From: Eledone cirrhosa
Taxonomy: Eukaryota
DNA: 64,000 nucleotides
NCBI GenBank assembly: GCA_964016885.1
Contig: OZ024741.1
Location: forward strand, 65,162,001 to 65,226,000
Direction of reading: 5' to 3'
The position numbers and the translations under genes were made by a program. The notes beneath the pieces were generated by a model. The model searched no databases and was not told the DNA's origin. It saw only the letters and a program-made list of their open reading frames with translations. Positions within the stretch are counted from its first letter, which is position 1; each line of letters opens with the position of its first letter. Shown piece after piece: positions 38,879-53,250 of the stretch.

Positions 38879-39224
38879 GTATCTATCTGTCTATCTATTT
38901 ATATATGTATGTATATATATATATACACATATATGTATAAATAATCATTTATTTAAAAGAAGAAAAAAAACAAGTAGAAAGAAATGATGAAACACATTTA
39001 ATTTGAAGAATAAAATTAGATAAAAATGACAAAAAATAAAAGAAGGAAAACTGAGAAGAAATAATGAAATAAAAAGCCTGTTAAGAAGAAAATTGAAGTA
39101 ATTAGTAATTTAAATTGGATGTCATTTATACATGAAAGTGGATCCTGGAAGTAATTGGCTGGAGAGATAATAAGATAAGTACAGACTTCAACTGCTACTG
39201 GGGTTAACATGGATTTAGTTAGTT

Positions 39225-39275
<51 letters not shown>

Positions 39276-39384
39276 TTTCTCTCATTATTTCTGTTTCTCT
39301 CTCTTGCCTTCTCTCTCTCACACTCTCTTTCTCTGTCTATCACTCTCTTTCACACTCTCTTTCTCTGTCTCTCTCACTTTTTTC

Positions 39385-39483
<99 letters not shown>

Positions 39484-39652
39484 CTCTATCTCTCTCTCTC
39501 TCTCTCTTTCTCTCCTCCTCCCCATCTCTCTGTGGCTATCATCACAACTTTTGTTGTTGGTGTTGTTGGTGTTGGTATTATTTACCAAACTTAAAACAAG
39601 ATTTTCATTTATTTCTTTTTGTGTATGTGTGTGTATATGTATGTGTTTATGC

Positions 39653-39693
<41 letters not shown>

Positions 39694-40599
39694 TGTATGT
39701 GTGTGTGTATGTGTCTGTGTGTGTATGTGTGTATGTGTCTGTATGTATGTGTGTATGTGTGTATCTGTGTGTGTATGTGTGTGTGTGTGTGGTGGGAGTG
39801 AGGAGCAAGGGGGCAAGGGGTCACTTTCCAGTTCTTTCAGAAGATCAATTTGCAACTCTAATTGACATAAGGTGCAGTGAAAGGTACTTTTGTGAAATGT
39901 TTAATACATACATATATATATACATACATATATATATATATATACATACATCCATACACATGCATATATACATACATACATACATACACATGCATATATA
40001 CATACATACACATGCATATATACATATATACATACATACATACACATGCATATATACATACATACACATACATCTATACATATAGCTGTCAAAACGGCCG
40101 GAGCTCAGCTGTCGGGGTCCTGATTCTTTTTGTATATATATATATACACACACACATACACACATACATATATAGACACATACATACATATATAGACATA
40201 CATGCATACATATATACATATATGCATGCATTCATATATATATACATACATATAATGCATACATATATAGACATACATGCATACATATACACATGCATTC
40301 ATACATACATACACACATACATACACATGTGAGTGTGTAATGTAATGCCTTAGACAAGTGACAATGGAGAGCCATTTCCTGTAGTCCACATCTGCTTCAC
40401 TTGCTTTTGTTACTTTTTATTTGATTTACATTGGCTTCTAAATCTATATCAGTTAATATCATATCAATTTACATTGAAAAAATATCAAATATTATTACAA
40501 AATAACAATGGTTCTTCACAATAGGAACATACACCTCCTATATAATCCTATATAAAGAAGAACTGAAAGAAGAAAAAAAGAAGAAAGCAAGAGCTGTGT

Positions 40600-41063
40600 A
40601 TCATCATCATCATCATCATCATCACTGTTTTACGTCCTAGCATGGGTTAGACGGTTTGTCCTGTTGTGGGCAGTGTCTGATCGGCTGACCTTGTCTTGCT
40701 CATATGGGAACTGATTCTGGCTTGATTTTCTACAGCTGGATGCCCTTCCTAACACCAACCTCATTTACAGTGAGTGGTGGATGTTATTTTTATGTGGTGG
40801 ATGTTATTTTTATGTGGTGCCTACATGTCCACTTTACAGTGTGGGCTGGGTGCTTTTTTTTTTACCGTGGTACCTCCACGACCACTTTGCAGTGGAATGA
40901 TAGGGACTCCAGTCCTATCATCACATTTCTACAGCTGAGTAAACTGGAGCAATGTGAAATAAAGTGTCTTGCTCAAGGATAACAACACATCACCCGGTCC
41001 GAGAATTGAACTCACAACCTTTCGATTGCAAGCCCAATACTCTAACCACTAAGCCATGTGCCT
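40600..41063 (-). mobile_element. complete tRNA-CORE SINE with RTE-derived 3' half
   Basis: Minus strand: A-box tggcttagtgg, B-box gagttcaattc, CORE-like atccttgagcaagacacttt, then ggaagggcatccagc and a (GAT)n tail. Confidence 0.8.
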
Positions 41064-41100
41064 ATATATATATACATATATACATACATATATATATATA

Positions 41101-41711
41101 CATGGTGGCTGCCAACTCGTTTTCGAGTACGGCCACTACTTTATATCCATGTAGGAGAACCCCTACCGATGCGCTGAACGAGTGTGACTTTTCAGTCCGG
41201 CCAGCGACTTGAAAACCCCGGTACAAACACTACACATGTGACAATTATTGACACATAGTGCTGGGCCCATGGTGCCATGTGACGACAAGTGCAGAGAGAT
41301 CTCCAGATATAAAGCAATGCCTGTGCCGTGAAGTTTTTATAGTGAGCAAAGGCACTGCACAAAGCCAGTCCCACTCTCTTAACCAAGATGATATTTACCA
41401 AAAAGAAGAACAAGTCAACATCATTGGATATCATCAGGGTTGCAGGTGTGATATCAGAGTTTTCCTTCTCCTAGAATTCTGCCTTGACAAAGGCTAAGGG
41501 GTCATCTCTCCCGGTGATTTTGGATGGCCATTGACTTTTAAGAGCTCCTTTGCCCTTTGACAGGTTTTGTTTTTAGTCCTGCAGGATGTCCAAAGTCACC
41601 CTCCTCACCAAGAAACCTTGGTGGGGTTGCCAGTTTAGTCGCCAACGACCCGACCATGGGACAGGTTGTACTGGGATACATGTTACCAGTAGCACCAACT
41701 GGTGACCTGAC
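41101..41711 (-). mobile_element. bipartite non-autonomous RTE derivative, subfamily A (complete)
   Basis: Reverse complement of 17390-17995; the 5' end abuts (CATA)n. Confidence 0.85.
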
Positions 41712-41740
41712 ATACATACATACATACATACATACATACA

Positions 41741-41771
<31 letters not shown>

Positions 41772-41784
41772 GTATGTATGTATG

Positions 41785-41864
<80 letters not shown>

Positions 41865-41973
41865 TAAAAGGAAAAGAAAATGCTGACAAATTGTTCCCAG
41901 TGAAAAATAGTTTAATTAGGAATAAGTAAAAATTAGTAATAAGTATTGGTTAGTATTCAGTTTTAGTTTTAAG

Positions 41974-42011
41974 TTTTTACCGGTTGCGCATTTCTAATGC
42001 TTTTCAAAAAT
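41974..42011 (-). ncRNA. variant-core hammerhead candidate (second copy)
   Basis: Same TTGAAAA/gcatt-aatgc/GCAAC-CG-GTA arrangement as 18315-18352. Confidence 0.4.
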
Positions 42012-42399
42012 AATTTTGAGATAGAGCGTCCGTGATGTTTGCTCTAATATTTATATATATATACCAAGCACTTATACACAATGAATCAATTTAGCTTATA
42101 TTCAGTGTAAACTGATAGTTTTAAATACATACTGTATATATCTCTTGCTAATTTACATTATCCTCACTACTCTATATCTGATATTTAAGTATATAATATA
42201 TGGTATTTAAATAGATAGTATGTTACATTTATACAGACCATGTAACATTTAAACATGTAGCCTGTGCTATCAAAATGTGTAGCATATATTTAAACACAGA
42301 TCCATTTTCTGAAGAAAAAGTTGTGACTGAAAAAAGCATTCGATGAAACTTTGAAGTCACTGCTTCCTTTATTTTCAGAATATATATATATATATAATA

Positions 42400-42793
42400 T
42401 AATAATGAAATTATTGTGTAAAGTGCTCAGGTGCACTACAACTCGTCAATATAGTACATAGAATAATACACAAATGTCAGGGAAGTATATGTGTGTATGT
42501 GTTAGCTGTTCTGTTGGCGGATCTCGGGAAGCATGGAGGCCTTAAAGGATGCAGTGTCTCGACAGTTAACAACTGATGCAGGTAGTTTGTTCCATGCTTC
42601 AGCAACTCTGAGCGTGAAAAAATGTTTCCGAAAGTCATGGGAACTGTGCTGTTTTCTTACTTTGTGGGCATGTCCACGTGTGTTAGACACATGGAAATCG
42701 AAAAGGTACTCAGGGTTGTTGTTGGCAACATGGTTAACAATTTTGTGGGTGTTTACCAAGTCAGTTGCCAGGCGTCGGAGCTTCAATGAATCT
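42400..42793 (-). mobile_element. CR1 LINE 3' end
   Basis: SLKLRRLATDL...TRGHAHKV...RKHFFTLRVAEAWNKLP, the classic CR1 C-terminus, plus 3' UTR. Confidence 0.88.
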
Positions 42794-43267
42794 ATGTGTG
42801 TGTGTGTGTGTGTGTGCGTGTGTGTGTATAGCCGTCCCACCCTGAGCAAACACACACACACATATATGTGTATGTGTGTATATATATGATTACCCAGGAT
42901 GGGAAGGCCAAAGTCACACTGACTGATAGATCGGAGGAAGCTGTCTTCAAACTAAATATTTAAATGTTTGCAAAAGAGTGGTCTCTGTTAAAGATACCCA
43001 AGGACCAGGTGTTGGTGTTAAACCGAGCATGACATTAGGTCTGTCTCTTAAGTAAGCTACAGCAGGATTTGATCTCAATACAAAAAGCCAGAACAAATAT
43101 CCCAATTCATCTCATCTGATGCTGTAATAATTCTGTCAATTCATTAACCTTAATTAGAACTCTCCTTTATCAATTTCAAAAGGATGAAAAGTAGAGTTGA
43201 CCTCATGACCTCAATGGAATTTAAATATTTCATCTTGACTATTTCATCTTTTTGTTTATATATACAT

Positions 43268-43500
43268 GAAGGTGCATGGCTTAGCGGTTAGAGCATTGGT
43301 CTTGCAATCATGAGGTTGTGAGTTTGATTCTTGAACTGGTGATGTATTGTGTCCTTGAGTAAGACACTTTATTTCATGTTGCTCCAGTTTACTCAGCTGT
43401 AGAAAAGAGTTGTGATGTCACTGGAGCCTAGCTGTATCAGCCATTGTCTTTTCCTTGGACAACATCAGTGGCATGGTTGTTTATGCAGATGTGGTGAGCC
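43268..43500 (+). mobile_element. tRNA-CORE SINE
   Basis: tggcttagcggttag A-box, gagtttgattc B-box, gtgtccttgagtaagacacttt CORE. Confidence 0.8.
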
Positions 43501-43866
43501 ACATATATTCTAGCTATTAGAAAAAGCAAAATGAATGTTTCACCTTTGAAAGAGGAATGACTCAAGAAGAAGAAGAAGTATATATATATATATATACATG
43601 ATTACATTCTCTACCATGTCCTTCCTGTTTTAAGACCTGTAGGGTAAGTTTAGCTGCTATACCTAGCAGGCTGAGTAACTGCATAGATACATCCATATTA
43701 GCCCATTATTCATGTTGGTGGTGATTGTGGTAATGTTTTTATTTTAATTTTAAAATGTATTTATTTATTTATTCCTTCATTTATTTGTTATAATAACTTA
43801 AATTGATCATTCACTGACTCCTAAAAACCAGATGTAAGCATGATACCAGATATATTATGTGGTCAC

Positions 43867-44307
43867 TTAACCCTTTTGTTAATAAACTGTCTGAAACTGT
43901 TGTTGGCTCTAGGATGTAAGACTGTTGAATTTCATGTATTTATATTCATCTAAAAGTCTTCCATAACAATTTTATGAAAGAACCTCTGTTAAGTTATTCT
44001 CTAAACAGCAGATTAGTAATAAGAAAGTTAGTTACAATTTTTGATTATTTTCAAAAATGATTTGAAAATCATTGGCTATGTCTTTGATTAGAAATATGGT
44101 GACAAAAGAGTTAAAATGTTTATATTCATCTGAAAACATTCCAGGAAAATTTTACATAAGAATCTTTGTTAAGTTATGTTGTAAACACCAGCTTAATAAT
44201 AAGAAAGTGAGTATTGTTTTTAAACCTCTCCAAATTTTTGATTATTTTCAAAAATTATTTGAAAATATTAACTAGCGTTATTCATTAGAAATATGGCTAA
44301 GGGTTAA
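43867..44307. mobile_element. piggyBac-like MITE with a duplicated right half
   Basis: ttaacccttttg left end; right ends gacaaaagagttaa (44114) and aagggttaa (44307); internal ~180-bp duplication. Confidence 0.55.
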
Positions 44308-44674
44308 GCAATCCTGATTTTAGTCATGCATGGCATCTGTAAAAAGCAAGCCTTATGAATATATTAGAGACTAATGTGAATATTCTATTAACAAAACAGA
44401 CTTTAGCTCAAGTTGGTACTTATAGCTAATATCGCTAATATCGATATAAGATCAGAATATAAGAACAAAATTGATTTTTCATTGTATAACATAGAATAAC
44501 ATGACGTAATATGGCATAAATAATTGAATAATAGATTAAATTGCATGTAAGACTCATCATAATTATTTCAATGTGTGTGTGTATGTATCATCATCATATC
44601 TTCGTTTAACGTCCATTTTCCATGATAGCATGGGTTAATATATATATATATATGTGCATAGATACACATACACT

Positions 44675-44711
<37 letters not shown>

Positions 44712-44880
44712 GTATGTGTATATATATATATATTGATACACTTTGGAAGGATCATGCTGCCAATTAAAACATATTTCAATTTATTAGTAAAATTTTGTGC
44801 TTCTTCTTTATTCTGTTTTACACCAAGAAGATGGTGTAAAACAGAACAAAGAGGAGATACAAAGCGGAGTAACGAAAGTA

Positions 44881-44923
44881 GTCACTGAAGAGGTTGCAGA
44901 ATGTGTGCTGAAAGAGCTTTGAC
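44881..44923 (+). ncRNA. minimal type I hammerhead ribozyme candidate
   Basis: gtca-CTGAAGA-ggttgcagaatgtgtgct-GAAA-g(ag)CTT-tgac; stem II is weak. Lies just after a fold-back at 44800-44857. Confidence 0.55.
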
Positions 44924-45112
44924 AATTAACAACCAACAACCATCCACTTATTAAACTAACTGACTGGGAATTATAATAGTAATTTGAAGTGAAACTCAAC
45001 TGGTCTGTGTGTTTTTATTGGCAGCATGAGCATCCCAGAGTATAACAATATCTGTTTCAAAACATGTTTTCATATAAAAAAAATCTTGCAAAACAAATAC
45101 CAAAGCAAAGTG

Positions 45113-45195
<83 letters not shown>

Positions 45196-45230
45196 GTATA
45201 TATATATGTATATATATATATGTATATATA

Positions 45231-45297
<67 letters not shown>

Positions 45298-45299
45298 TA

Positions 45300-45331
<32 letters not shown>

Positions 45332-45422
45332 AGTCCAGACATGGAAAATAATTGCAATCACAGTCAATTGCTATAGAATAGCTTACAAAAATCGGGTAAA
45401 GGCACCCTAGAGGCAGAAATAA

Positions 45423-45481
<59 letters not shown>

Positions 45482-45990
45482 CAAGGAAACAACAAAAAGA
45501 TTTGTTTTCATCTAACACACACACACATATATATATACATACACCAAACCAAAAGCAATAGGCAAATGTAAGCAAGGCCCCATGACAGGCAATATTTATG
45601 ATAAGGTTATGCATATCTTTTACAAGTGTATGCATTTTTGCATTGCATTAGATTGCATTATATCAAACAAAAATGAAAGAAAGAAAAAATGTAGAGCTGT
45701 AAGAGAAAGATTTGTGAATGAATTTCATAAATGGTATGAATAAGCGTTATCAATAATAAGGATGAGCTTTATAAATGATATGAACAAGGTTTACAAACAT
45801 TATGAATGAGTTTTATAAACGATGTGAACGAGCTTTATATACAAAGTTTTTAGTAGAATCAGTGTTAGAGTAGTATCAAATGCTAAAACAATTTTGCAAG
45901 AAATATGTAAATACATATTTAAACTAAATGTTGACATAATGTGGACAGTATTGGCATTCTACTTCATGTGTGTAAGTGTGTAAGTGTGTG

Positions 45991-46044
<54 letters not shown>

Positions 46045-46537
46045 AAATATATATATATATAAAAGGAAAAGAAATTGAAAATGCAACTGGAGTCTTAAGA
46101 ATATTTATTTACTTATAGTTTTACCCATGTGGGACATTTTAAAAGAACCTTACTTTCTTATATATATATGAGTTCTATGTTTGGATGCCTTTCCTAGCAC
46201 CAATAATATATAATAACTAACACAAACGTTTTGATTACGAGGTGATATTTTTTAACAGGGTAAAAGAATAAAAATAAATTTCCTAAAGTGATGTAACTTG
46301 ATTTCATTTTTGCTTTGAGAGCAAAATTAATAATTTGCTTAAACTTGATAGAAATTTTCTCCATGGATTCTTAGAAATTCTTTGTATCACATGGTGAACA
46401 GGAGAAACGTTGGGCATCTTATTTCTTGCCTGAACGATAAGCAAAACCAGTATATAGTGAATCTATGACTTATGGTAGAGTAAGCTTTGTACCCTTCGGT
46501 AACAATCAACTGTGTCGAGAAATTATAATATTTATAA

Positions 46538-46695
46538 TAATTGTTTCTACTTTTGGCACAAGGCCAGCAATTATCCCAGTGTATTACTGGTCCTTTATTT
46601 TATCGACCCCGTAGGGATGAAAGGCAAAGTTAACCTCGGCGGGATTTGAACTCAGACCATAAAGGGCCGTAACTCTTTGCTGCAAAGCATGGCAT
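46538..46695 (-). mobile_element. tRNA-derived SINE (Meta-like)
   Basis: Family motifs present; flanked by a duplicated ataatatttataataat. Confidence 0.85.
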
Positions 46696-46942
46696 AATAT
46701 TTATAATAATAATATTTGGCTTTGTACATAACATAGAGTGTGTCTTTTTCCTTATCTATTCTACAGAAACCCTTGACACTGCATATTATATAATTAGTTT
46801 CAACAGTGACATGTACAGGTACTTAAGTTTCGTTAGGTTATACATCTCAACTCATTCAGCTTGTTATAAAAACAAAGATGGCCACTAAAGATTGAATGTA
46901 ATCTCTTTTGGCAAGAATATTTAAGAGCTCTCTCCCCTATTC

Positions 46943-46985
<43 letters not shown>

Positions 46986-47359
46986 AGAAAAGGAGAAAGA
47001 AAGAAAGAGAGAGTGAGAGAGAGAGAGAAAGAAAGAAAGAAAGAGAGGGAAAAGGGATAGGTAGATTGATAAATATATATTGATAATGTAGTTAAGATTG
47101 CTGAAAGAATGCATATATATGGATACATATACACATACACATATACATATACATATCAAAATATGAATCAACAAATTAATATTATTTAGTTGATTAATCT
47201 GTTATTTAATTTAATCCGTATCAGTTAAAATCAAAGGCAATAAGTTATCGACTTGATGAAATCAATATTACATTTAATGATAAACATGAAACCAACAATA
47301 ACAACATTAATAGCAAGAACATGATAAAAGCTGCTTTAGGAGATTACAACAGTAAGAGG

Positions 47360-47411
47360 TATCTATGAGAGGTCGATATCTAGATATAGATATATATATA
47401 TCTATGAGAGG

Positions 47412-47454
<43 letters not shown>

Positions 47455-47658
47455 ATGAGAGGTCGATATCTATCTATATATATATATATATCTATGAGAG
47501 GTTGATATCTAGATATATATATATATATATATCTATGAGGGGTCGATATCTAGATATAGCTATACATATATATCTATGAGAGGTCGATATCTCTCTCTCT
47601 CTCTATATATATATATGAGGGGTTGATATCTAGATATAGATATATATCTATGAGTGGG

Positions 47659-47702
<44 letters not shown>

Positions 47703-47760
47703 GGGTTGATATCTAGATATATATATATATACCTATGAGGGGTTGATATCTAGATATACA
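47360..47760. repeat. minisatellite (tctatgagaggtcgatatctagatata(TA)n)n
   Basis: About 10 units with variable TA spacers. Confidence 0.9.
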
Positions 47761-48519
47761 CATATATAGCTGGGATAACAACAATTGAGATATTTATGAA
47801 GGGGTATATATAAAGCTGGAGTAACAACAATGACAACAATAACAACATCAACAATGTCATCACAGGTAGCGGGAGTAATTTAGAAAGACAGCCATGGATC
47901 TTATGGTATATAGGTGTGTATGTGTGTGTATGTGTGTGTCTATGTGTATTTATGTATGTGGGTGTTTGTGTGCGTGTGTGTATTTATATATGTGCAAGTG
48001 TATGTGTATGTGAATGTGTGTTGCATGAGAATGTATACATATACATATATATATACACACACATATATTTATATATATATTTTTGTGTGTGTGTGTACTT
48101 ATGTGGTTATGTCTATGTAAATGCTTATGTGAATATGTATATCTTTATATGTGTATGCATTGTATGTGTGTTTGTTCATGTGTATATTTTATGCTTATAC
48201 ACACTGACAAAAACACACACAGTGGCATATATACATACACATACACACACTAACACACACACATACGCACACACACACACACACACACAGGTATACATTA
48301 ACTCATTTCAGAATTTTTGAATTGGAGTTACCTCCAAGTTTCAAAACGTTTTTCACTTTACTTAAATCGCTAAAAGACCAGGGAAATACATGAATATCAC
48401 AACATCCCATTTAATCTATTGCTGACAAACATGAAAAACACAATTTTGATGTTCATATCTTAAACACTGTACGTATTAGGAGAAAGTAACGCCAAACTGC
48501 ATTTTTAAAAACCAGATGG

Positions 48520-48736
48520 GCTATCCCATAAGTAAGGCAGCATTTCAGATTATATTCATGTATAAATACTGCCTTATTTATGGGACTATAATATAACAAT
48601 GATATATAACAATGATATTAGGTGTTCCATAAGTAAGGTAACATTTCAGATTATATTCATGTGTAAATACTGCTCTACTTGTGGGACAATAATATCAGGT
48701 GTCCCATAAGTAAAGACATTTCAGATTACATTCATA
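48520..48736. repeat. three-unit tandem repeat (cccataagtaagg..catttcagattatattcat)
   Basis: Units begin at about 48525, 48627 and 48703. Confidence 0.8.
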
Positions 48737-49559
48737 CAACAACAGCAACAACAATGGCAACAATAATTAAAACAACAACAACAACAGTAAGAAGGGAATA
48801 TACTTTGACAACAAGTGAGTTCTTTTCATTTTCATAACATAGGATATATTAAACCTTAAATGGGAAAACATGTTTCTATTTATATATATGCAGTGTTCAT
48901 GGCTTGAAGACTGGTAAAACTGCAAAATGGGTTGGTACTTGATGTATATTAATTGCATAGTAGGTATAAGATATAAGATATAGTCCCAATTAAGGGCCCT
49001 CTCCATTTTAGGTCACTATCAAGCTACATCACGAGTAAGGATTGATAGTAAGGGTGAAATGGAGAAAGCTCTCATTTATAACTATAACTTATACCTCTAT
49101 ATCTATCAATCTATTGACACACACATGTATATATTGGTAAATTGATAAACAATGTGTCTTATGGAATCCCTTTATGTTCTCAGTTCAAATCTTACTGAGG
49201 TTGTCTTAGATTTTTGCTCTTCTGACCATGGAAAACAGTACTAGTCATGTACTGGTGTTGATTTAATTGACTGTACATTTACTCCAATATCTGAGTCCAT
49301 GTGTTAGAAATTATTATTTCTGACATAGGCTCATGGAGGAATGATATAGTTGGTTATATCAACCTCAGTAGTTGACTGGTATTTCATTTTATCAAAACTG
49401 GAAGTTGAGAGGCAAAGTTGACCTCATTAGGATTCAAACTCAGAAAGTAAAGGGACTTTTGTTCAACTCTCTAATGATTCTGCTAACCCTAATAATGATT
49501 TCTTATATAGGCACAAGGCCATTTGGTTTCTTTAATAATAATACCAATAATATTTTTTT

Positions 49560-49880
49560 CCTTTTGTAAGGTTTCTTTAACAATCGGTTGCTAGGTAAAG
49601 CATGTTAATTGGCCTCAGATCAGTCCCTAATCTCAGAGGCTCAATATATTATCATGTAGGATTCTGGTAGTGCTAGTGATGGTAGATGTAAGACATTTAG
49701 GGATCATGTCTAGTGCTCCAATGACAATTGGCTCAACTTCTGATTCTACATGATGCACAGTTCTAATAGTAATGCAAGGTCTGCATACTTATTGATCTTT
49801 TCCATTTCCTTTTCAGTCACATTGTGGTCTTGAGGGATCATAATATCAATTAGAGTCCATTTTATAGGGGTTGTTTGATA
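49560..49880 (-). mobile_element. Dong/R4-like RLE fragment in a (TAA)-rich context
   Basis: Minus strand KWTLIDIMIPQDHNVTEKEMEKINKYADL...EVEPIVIGALDMIPK. Confidence 0.7.
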
Positions 49881-50433
49881 ATAACAATAATGAGAGCAAC
49901 AACAATAATAATTTCTAATATGGACATTAGGACAGTAATTGTTTTTGGGAGTGTGGAGGAGGAGGGGTTAGTTGGTTAAATCAACTCCAGTATTTATTGA
50001 TCCTGAAAGGATGAAAGGTAAAGTTGATGTTGACAGGATTTGAACACATTTTATACATTGCAGTAACTGACTCAACCATAATAATTTGTATCAGGAAATT
50101 AATAAAAATAAAATTAACATGCTTTAAAAACATGCTTTGCTAGTTATCTTTTTTCCATAGTATTTTGCAAGGGGGGTAGGGTACAATGTCATGCTTATAT
50201 ATCAGTAATGGTTGGGTTAACAATTATAGAATATGGAGTAAAAGCAGAGAACATACATTACCATTTACAAGAGAGTCTGTATCAAATGCAAGCATGCTCA
50301 ATACACAATATCTACAGAGGCAACAACATTTATAGCATATCTATGTTTAGTTCTTTATGCACATTCATGTTGCTACCAACAATTTGCTTCTTCACACACA
50401 TGTATTTATGTATGAAACTTACACACACACAAA

Positions 50434-50475
<42 letters not shown>

Positions 50476-50478
50476 ACT

Positions 50479-50528
<50 letters not shown>

Positions 50529-50837
50529 TGTATGTATGTATGTATGTATGTATGTATGTATGTATGTATGTATGTATGTATGTGATGTGTGTATTGCCCT
50601 TTCCTTCATGAATCTCTGTAGCTCACTGGATTGAGGCTTATCTCCAATTTTTGATGGTGTTCAGTGGATGAGCAACTAATTTCTCAATAGATTGGATGCC
50701 TATCTTTTGTCAGAACCACCTCTTACCGTTAAATCAGGGGAAGTGAATTTAGTACTGGAAGTTCTATAATTGTTTGTCCACCTTATACTTCAGTGGATGG
50801 TACTTATATATGACTTGGTGGACTTGGTCATTGAGAA

Positions 50838-51204
50838 TTAACTCTTTTGTTACCAAATTGACTGAAACTGCCCCTGGTTCTATAACAGAAATCTGTTTGT
50901 TTTAAAGTATTTATATATATATATACAAAACCTTTCATTGTAATTTGTGATGGGAGGAGCATCCAGCTGTTGAAAACCTGCTAAACAAAGGTCAAGAGGG
51001 CTCTTTCAGATGTGTTAAAGGCATGATAACCTCCATAGTGCTGGTTTCATGATAAAATGCACTTGGTATAGTATGAAATTGTATGTAAATGATATGCAGT
51101 ATACTGGCATCCTATCTGAGTGGATTAGTATCTTACAACTACTTAGATTTGGTGAATTGTACCATATGGGCTGGTTTCAGATGGGTTGGTATCAAAAGGG
51201 TTAA
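50838..51204. mobile_element. piggyBac-like MITE with both ends
   Basis: Left end ttaactcttttgttaccaa..ctgaaac; right end gtttcag..ttggtatcaaaagggttaa. Confidence 0.55.
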
Positions 51205-51383
51205 AGTTAAAACATTAGGGATAACATTTTAGAATCGTGAGTGTATTAGTATCTCACAACCACTTAGAACACCATGAAAACTGGGAATAAGATCCAGTAC
51301 ATTGTACTACTTCCAATTGAAAGGCAGTGGATAATATAGGAAAGAAAGCTTAATGCATAAATACATGTGTGTACATACATACA

Positions 51384-51446
<63 letters not shown>

Positions 51447-51783
51447 AATAACAATAATAATAACTTTTTTCCCTGTTACCTGAGAGCGGAATCTTTTAGG
51501 TGAAGAGATGCGTATAAATCTTGCAACTCCATCCTTTATTTTTTTTTATAGATAAAAGAATGAAAAAAAAAGTGGAAAAAGAAAGAGAAAGAAAGAAAGA
51601 AAAGAAATTGGTTAAACAAATAAATCACAAGTGAAAAACAAAATAAAAATCATTCATTTACAAATCAATAGGGCAGGCAAAAGTATGAAATGATTTCAAC
51701 AGATGTTAACACACACATAAACATACTTGTACACACAGACATTAACACATACACACACAGAGATAGAACACAATTTAGTAGTC

Positions 51784-51852
<69 letters not shown>

Positions 51853-51896
51853 ATAATAATAAATTTGAAGAATAAAATCCAAAGAGGGCTTGATAA

Positions 51897-51929
<33 letters not shown>

Positions 51930-51934
<5 letters not shown>

Positions 51935-52164
51935 AAAGCATGTATTGAGTTAGAAACTCAAAATAGTCTCATTACAGTAATTTAGCTCTAGGAAAAAGGT
52001 TTTTCCGAGCCATATAGTATAACTGAACAAAAGAGAAAAATGAACACAGACATATACATGTATGTGTTCAAATCGTAATGGACCAGAAACGTTTCTGGTC
52101 CATTACGATTTGAACACATACATGTATATGTCTGTGTTCGTTTTTCTCTTTTGTTCAGTTATAC

Positions 52165-52170
<6 letters not shown>
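51930..52170. mobile_element. Penelope-style fold-back element with a near-perfect ~75-bp hairpin
   Basis: Arms 52012-52089 and 52090-52168, centred on gaaacgtttc. Confidence 0.75.
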
Positions 52171-52195
<25 letters not shown>

Positions 52196-52230
52196 GATAT
52201 ATTATATATATATATATACATATATGTATA

Positions 52231-52312
52231 TAGGGTGTTCCAAAATATGTATACACACTTTGATTATTAGAATGCTGTTGAAGTATGTATACATTTTTGG
52301 GGGGACACCCTG
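52231..52312. mobile_element. ~80-bp Tc1/mariner mini-MITE
   Basis: TIRs tagggtgttccaaaa..tgtatac / gtatacatttttggggggacaccctg; TA flanks. Confidence 0.7.
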
Positions 52313-52387
52313 TATATATATATAGTGTATGATTCAGTGAATTATTACTGGTGGTACCAAAATGAACACTCGATGCACAGGCAGAAT

Positions 52388-52550
52388 ATATATATTAAGA
52401 AAAATGATGAAGTTTCTTTTACACGTATTTAGTTTTTTTTTTTATTGTGTATCGATCTGTAACAATCCTCTGTGAAACACGTGTAATAGGTCGATACATA
52501 ATAAAAATTTAAATACATGTAAAAGAAAGTTCATTGCTTATCTCAATATA
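52388..52550. repeat. fold-back inverted repeat with a hammerhead-like half-site
   Basis: Arms tttcttttacacgtattt / aaatacatgtaaaagaaa; the loop carries GAAACacgtGTA. Confidence 0.65.
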
Positions 52551-52592
52551 TATATATATCTCAATATCTCAATATATATATATATATATATA

Positions 52593-52659
<67 letters not shown>

Positions 52660-53250
52660 TAAAATATGTAAGCACTGATTAAGCTTAAACCATTTTCATT
52701 GTAGAAAGGAAATTAATTTTGCATTATATATTTTAAATTTAATTTATCCATTAAGCATCTCATGTGGTGAGGGTGGAGCTATACTTTGATTGACAGGTGA
52801 TGTGTTAAAGTGTAACAATAAAAATTAAACATTCAAGCAATAAATAAAAGACGTGATGAAACTGCCCATAGATATTATATATAAAAGTGATTGAAAAGAT
52901 GTTTAAGAATAGAAAGGCAATGTAAGACAGTGTTTTCTTGGCTGGTCTCTTGTCATGTTTGTGTTTTATGTGCCTGGATAGTTCAAGTGTCAGGATTTTT
53001 ATCTGGTGGTGCTATATATCATCATCATAGTTTTAACACCCACTTTCCCTGGTAGCAAAGGTTGGACAGGTCTACATAGACCAAAATACTGAATGAGGCT
53101 ACTGATCTCTCAGACATGTCAGGCATCTGTGTCCTGCTTATATGCAGTCTCACATTCTACTGAGTACATTGGAGAGGTTGTCATGTCTTTGACACAACTG
53201 AGGGTCTTCTCAATATTTTGTTTGGCATATATATATATATATATATATAT

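Noticed and set aside
42325-42365. Hammerhead-like ctgaaaa...gaaac...gtc
   Set aside because: The core lacks G8 without compensation, and stems I and II cannot be formed convincingly.
47360-47760. CRISPR-like array
   Set aside because: The spacers are only TA runs, there are no cas genes, and the context is eukaryotic.
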